Shown in pieces: positions 21,379 through 25,109 of a stretch of DNA of 25,109 bases; position 1 is the stretch's first letter; every line of letters begins with the position of its first letter. The DNA comes from Elusimicrobiota bacterium. Its GTDB lineage: Bacteria; CG03; SLGR01; JAGXOG01. Both the position numbers and the translations under genes were made by a program. Below the pieces are notes generated by a model, which worked only from the letters and a program-made list of their open reading frames with translations, was not told the origin of the DNA and made no database searches. The stretch spans positions 1 through 25,109 of the forward strand of contig JBNJDT010000019.1 of assembly GCA_051745145.1 (NCBI GenBank). Direction: 5' to 3'.

Positions 21379-22101
21379 ATGAACGAAGTAAAGGACATAG
21401 TAGAGTATATATATAAAATAAAATGGCGGGGTAACACTGAAACAATAAAACTCGAGCTTACTCCCGATCGCATGAGTTTTGCCCCCGGATATCTGGATAA
21501 AGAGAATTATCCGGAGTGGGTAAAACTGGGATTTCACAAATGCGAAATATGTACTCTGGATGAAGATGAATATAAAGTATGTCCCGCGGCTCTGAGTATA
21601 GTTAAAATTATTGACAGCTTTAAAGATATGCTATCCTATGAGAATGTTACGGTTGAGATAATAACTCCCGAAAGAAAGATAGTCAAGGATGTCCAGATTC
21701 AGGCGGCTCTAAGCTCAGTTTTAGGGCTTTCTCTGGGTTTGAGCGACTGCCCTGTATTAGAACAGTTTTCTTCAATGGCCCGGTTTCATCTCCCCTTTTC
21801 TTCTATCGAAGAGACAATGTTCAGGACTACGGGCAGTTATTTATTAAAACAGTATTTTATCAATAAATACGATGGTTCTCCGGATTGGGAACTTGAAGGC
21901 TTAAAAGAATTTTACAGCAAAGTTTCCGTAGTTAACGGCAACCTTGTTGAAAGAATACGGTCCGGGTCCATAAAAGACGCAAGTGTAAATGCAGTGGTTA
22001 AACTTGACAATTACGCTAAAAATTTTAAATATCTGTTTAAAAATACCATGGAAACGCTTGAGAGTATATTCGGACAAAAGGAAGATCAAAAAGAAGACTG
22101 A
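21379..22101 (+). CDS. DUF6901-like protein with conserved Cys motif, paralog 1
   Basis: PEW..L.FHKCEIC.L...CPAA, ITPER, S.CPVL, MARFHLPFSS.EE, YLLKQYF, PDWELEGL and DASVNAVV match my recollection of DUF6901; needs HMM confirmation. Confidence 0.75.
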   Translation: MNEVKDIVEYIYKIKWRGNTETIKLELTPDRMSFAPGYLDKENYPEWVKLGFHKCEICTLDEDEYKVCPAALSIVKIIDSFKDMLSYENVTVEIITPERKIVKDVQIQAALSSVLGLSLGLSDCPVLEQFSSMARFHLPFSSIEETMFRTTGSYLLKQYFINKYDGSPDWELEGLKEFYSKVSVVNGNLVERIRSGSIKDASVNAVVKLDNYAKNFKYLFKNTMETLESIFGQKEDQKED

Positions 22102-22181
22102 AATTTTAGAAACTCACCTTAGAAATTAATTTTAAAATTTATAAAAGGTTTTATTTTTTAGTTTAGGAAAGTTATTATAAC

Positions 22182-23741
22182 TTAAATTAAAAACGGGGGA
22201 GACCAGACAAAAACCGAATATTCATCAACTAATTTCGGAACTCCATCAAAAACATCATAGAGTTCTTTAGGCTCAATTGATTTTTCGGTAACATATATTG
22301 TATTGGGTTCAGCCGCTTTTTGCAGGTGACCGGCAACATCAATAGAATGGTCAGACATCTCTTCTAAAGGCCGTACTTCATCGTAGTAAATTAAACCGGT
22401 ATTTATTCCGCACCGGACCCTAAATTTGGGTAGACTGTGTTCCTGGTTGAAATCAGGCAGGCCTTCGATTATTTCTTTTGCGGTTTGAAAAGCTTTTTCA
22501 AAATTGTCAAAACAGCCCATTACACCGTCGGGAGTCCAGGTTGTTTTAACTACATCGTGGTCCCTGAATTTCTCTTCCACGTAGGTCTTATATTTATCAA
22601 AACTGTATTCAATATCGGCAGAGTCCATTCCCTCTTTCATTTTTGTGGATTCCACAACGTCTATGGAGAGGAAGACAAGTTTTTTAGCCATTTCTCTTAT
22701 CTGTTTCTTTGTTTCGGTAAGAGTCTTCTGCAGTTCTGTCAAACGCAGCTTGGGATACCAGCTTAATATCTCCTGTCCGGCCATAGTTTTGGAAACCGGG
22801 TCAAAGTTTTTATGTAAAGTTAAAGGTTTAATGGAGTCTTCGGTAACATATACTGCGTTGGGAGGAGCGGCTTTTTGCAGTTTTTCCGCCGTCTCAATAG
22901 AGATATCTTTAATGTTTTCTATCGTATCTATATCTTCATAATAAATAAAACCGGAATTTATTCCGCACTGTATGTCAAAATCATGGTTGAGAGTATTGAC
23001 TTCTCTGTTAAAATTAACCAGCCCGCTTATGGCGGCCTGACAGGCTGAAAAAGCATTTTCAAACTTTTTAAAATATACAAGCAGCTGGTCGGAATGCCAG
23101 ATATACTGTTCGGCATCGTTATCCTGAATTTTTTCCTGAAGATATTCTTTAAATTTAGAAAAGTTTTTTTCGACTTTTGCGGGATTAGCTCCTTTTTTCA
23201 TCTTTGTGGAATCCACTATTTCAATGGAAAGAAAAACAAGTTCTTCGCCCAGCTCTTCTATTTTGCTTTGTATTACGGATAACTTTTTCTGTAATTTATT
23301 GAGTTTGCTTTTACGGTAAATAAAAATTCTCTTTAGTTTTGTTATAAAAGCGGAAATAGGATTTGAATGACTTAAATTTTTATTCAGTGATTCTTTTTTA
23401 AGCTGATTTATCTTTTGGGCATAATAAGTCTGTTTTTCTTCCACCATACCCTGAAAAAGGTCGCTTACTAATTTCAAGATAAAAGAAATGAATACAATTA
23501 AAATTTTAGACAGCTGTATTCCGCTTATTGTAGTGGGAAAAGTATTTTCCACAAAAGTAGTAACACTGGTTTCCATTGATATGATATTTACAATGAGCGG
23601 ATAACTATCGTAGTTGTCAAAAAGCTGGAGAAGTGAAGATGAAATTATAAGGATTATTAAGAGAATAAAAGAAAACGAGAATATGCGCAGAATTAGTTTT
23701 AATAAAGATATGAAAAAATTTTTTAATTTTAGTGTAAACAT
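22182..23741 (-). CDS. Membrane-anchored protein with two tandem, non-canonical class III nucleotide (adenylate/guanylate) cyclase-like domains
   Basis: Two N-terminal hydrophobic segments, a coiled coil, then two repeats (187-aa period) of FLSI[ED].V.ST ... D.(L/V)(L/M)..F ... CGIN.G ... A..LQKAA.PN.(V/I)YVTE. Confidence 0.82.
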   Translation of the reverse strand: MFTLKLKNFFISLLKLILRIFSFSFILLIILIISSSLLQLFDNYDSYPLIVNIISMETSVTTFVENTFPTTISGIQLSKILIVFISFILKLVSDLFQGMVEEKQTYYAQKINQLKKESLNKNLSHSNPISAFITKLKRIFIYRKSKLNKLQKKLSVIQSKIEELGEELVFLSIEIVDSTKMKKGANPAKVEKNFSKFKEYLQEKIQDNDAEQYIWHSDQLLVYFKKFENAFSACQAAISGLVNFNREVNTLNHDFDIQCGINSGFIYYEDIDTIENIKDISIETAEKLQKAAPPNAVYVTEDSIKPLTLHKNFDPVSKTMAGQEILSWYPKLRLTELQKTLTETKKQIREMAKKLVFLSIDVVESTKMKEGMDSADIEYSFDKYKTYVEEKFRDHDVVKTTWTPDGVMGCFDNFEKAFQTAKEIIEGLPDFNQEHSLPKFRVRCGINTGLIYYDEVRPLEEMSDHSIDVAGHLQKAAEPNTIYVTEKSIEPKELYDVFDGVPKLVDEYSVFVWSPPFLI

Positions 23742-24023
23742 AAATTAGTAATCCGGTATTGAATACAAATTTCGTTGAATTTGTTGCTGTAAGCCCTTGG
23801 GATACTGTTTTGAGTTGTAATATTTTTATTTAAATGCATAAATTTTATTTTGAAAATTAAAACAATCTAACATTATGATAAATAATTCTATTAAAAAAAG
23901 CAAGGCTTAAAATTAGCTAATTAACGATTAAATTAGATTTAAATATTAAAACGTTATTAAAAGACGGATGTAAGTTTTTATTATTTATTTGAAAAATACA
24001 AATATAAATGGTAGAAAACAGAT

Positions 24024-24716
24024 ATGAATAAAGAAACTGTCCAGTATAAATATATAATTAAATGGGGAGAAGAAACTAAAGAGATAAATCTTGAGCTTAC
24101 CCCCGATAGGATGAAAATTGCCCCCCGACATTTAAAAAGAGAGGATTTACCGGACTGGGTGGACTTGAATTTCCAAAAATGTAATATTTGTCCCTTGGAC
24201 AGTAAAAAACAGCCGTCCTGTCCCGCTGCTTTAAGTATACTGGATATTGTAGAAGAATTCTCTGATGTTCCTTCAACTATCGATGTGAAATTGAAGATAA
24301 TAACGCCCGAAAGAGTATTGATAAAAAAAACCCAGATAGCAGAAGCCCTAAGCTCACTGATAGAGCTGTGCCTGTGGTTAAGCGAATGTCCGGTATTGTC
24401 CCAGTTTTCTTCTATGGCCCGGTTTCATCTTCCCTTCTCTTCTAAAGAAGAGGCAATATTCAGGATAACCGCCAGTTATTTATTAAAACAGTATTTTGTA
24501 GATAAAAACGGCGGTTCTCCGGACTGGGATCTGAAAGGGTTGAAAAAATTTTATGATAAAATTGCAATAATTAATGGCAAACTGGCTGAACGGGTAAGGG
24601 CCGGCTCATGTAAAGATGCGGGAGTAAATGCTGTGGTAAGACTGGATTCTTTTGCGAAAAATTTTGAATACTTATTTGAAAACTCTATGGAAATACTGGA
24701 GAACATCTTTAAATAA
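24024..24716 (+). CDS. DUF6901-like protein with conserved Cys motif, paralog 2
   Basis: Colinear with 21379..22101 along its whole length (LELTPDRM, CNIC..CPAALSI, QFSSMARFHLPFSS, SYLLKQYF, GSPDW). Confidence 0.75.
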   Translation: MNKETVQYKYIIKWGEETKEINLELTPDRMKIAPRHLKREDLPDWVDLNFQKCNICPLDSKKQPSCPAALSILDIVEEFSDVPSTIDVKLKIITPERVLIKKTQIAEALSSLIELCLWLSECPVLSQFSSMARFHLPFSSKEEAIFRITASYLLKQYFVDKNGGSPDWDLKGLKKFYDKIAIINGKLAERVRAGSCKDAGVNAVVRLDSFAKNFEYLFENSMEILENIFK

Positions 24717-24835
24717 ATTCTAAATTCTTTAGACTGCGTATTGTATTTTTCCAATGTTATTTTTTCAAAGTAGAATTAAAACAGCTTGTATTTTTTAAGG
24801 AATTTAGATAATATAGTAAAAATTTATTTTAAAGG

Positions 24836-24864
24836 TTTACAGAACGACCAAAAAAAAATACAAT
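24836..24864 (+). promoter_or_regulatory. Sigma70-type promoter of tRNA-Pro
   Basis: TTTACA (24836-24841), 17 nt, TACAAT (24859-24864). A second candidate TTGTAT-17-TAATAT lies at 24786-24814. Confidence 0.6.
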
Positions 24865-24881
24865 TAAGTAGTAAAAAATAA

Positions 24882-24958
24882 CGGGACGTGGCGCAGGCAG
24901 GAAGCGCACTGCTCTGGGGGAGCAGGGGTCGCCGGTTCAAATCCGGCCGTCCCGACCA
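24882..24958 (+). tRNA. tRNA-Pro, anticodon GGG
   Basis: 77 nt. Acceptor stem CGGGACG/CGTCCCG, anticodon arm CTGCT-CT GGG GG-AGCAG, T arm GCCGG-TTCAAAT-CCGGC, discriminator A and encoded CCA. Confidence 0.97.
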
Positions 24959-25109
24959 TTTTAAGGGAGGGACGGATTTGAAACTTTACGAACGCTCCTC
25001 AACGGAGAAAAGCCCGGAGGGCGTCAGTGAGTAAAGTCCCTTTGAGCGAATTGGAAAATGAGCGAAAAGAATCCGGCCGTCCCGACCATTTTAAGGGAGG
25101 GACGGATTT
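24940..25109 (+). repeat. tRNA-linked direct repeat, 130-bp period, running off the window end
   Basis: 24940-24979 is identical to 25070-25109 (40 bp: the last 19 nt of the tRNA plus 21 nt of downstream sequence). Confidence 0.93.

Noticed and set aside
22182..23741. Pycsar or CBASS defence system
   Set aside because: No adjacent cNMP-TM/TIR effector or CD-NTase. The only cNMP-binding gene is about 20 kb away and is coupled to pilT.
21379..24716. Composite transposon (direct-repeat genes flanking cargo)
   Set aside because: The flanking paralogs are diverged, have no transposase motifs, and I saw no terminal inverted repeats or target-site duplications.
24940..25109. CRISPR array
   Set aside because: The repeat is a tRNA 3' end, the 90-bp interval is too long and structured for a spacer, and no cas genes are present.

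Overview
A gene-dense, mostly + strand bacterial chromosome segment. The gene content (sulfide-dependent enzymes, lipoproteins, PilT) suggests an anaerobe with a complex envelope, but the taxon cannot be fixed from this window. In order: pilT coupled to a cNMP-binding/GAF-like protein; a methanogen-type sulfide-assimilation cluster (UPF0280/COG2122, DUF39 homocysteine synthase, NIL-ferredoxin) with a His-type (non-Cys) thi4; an alpha/beta hydrolase; a sigma70 promoter, FMN riboswitch and terminator ahead of ribD-ribE-ribBA-ribH-nusB-ligA; three uncharacterised coiled-coil/TPR/HEAT genes; Mut7-C RNase, recX, a TPR protein, a lipoprotein, alaS and a second lipoprotein; two paralogous DUF6901-like Cys-motif genes flanking an inverted, membrane-anchored, internally duplicated non-canonical class III nucleotide cyclase; and tRNA-Pro(GGG) followed by a 130-bp structured repeat that re-creates the tRNA 3' end. 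The best novelty candidates are the DUF6901/tandem-cyclase locus and the tRNA-linked repeat. All family calls come from motif recognition by eye; no searches were run.
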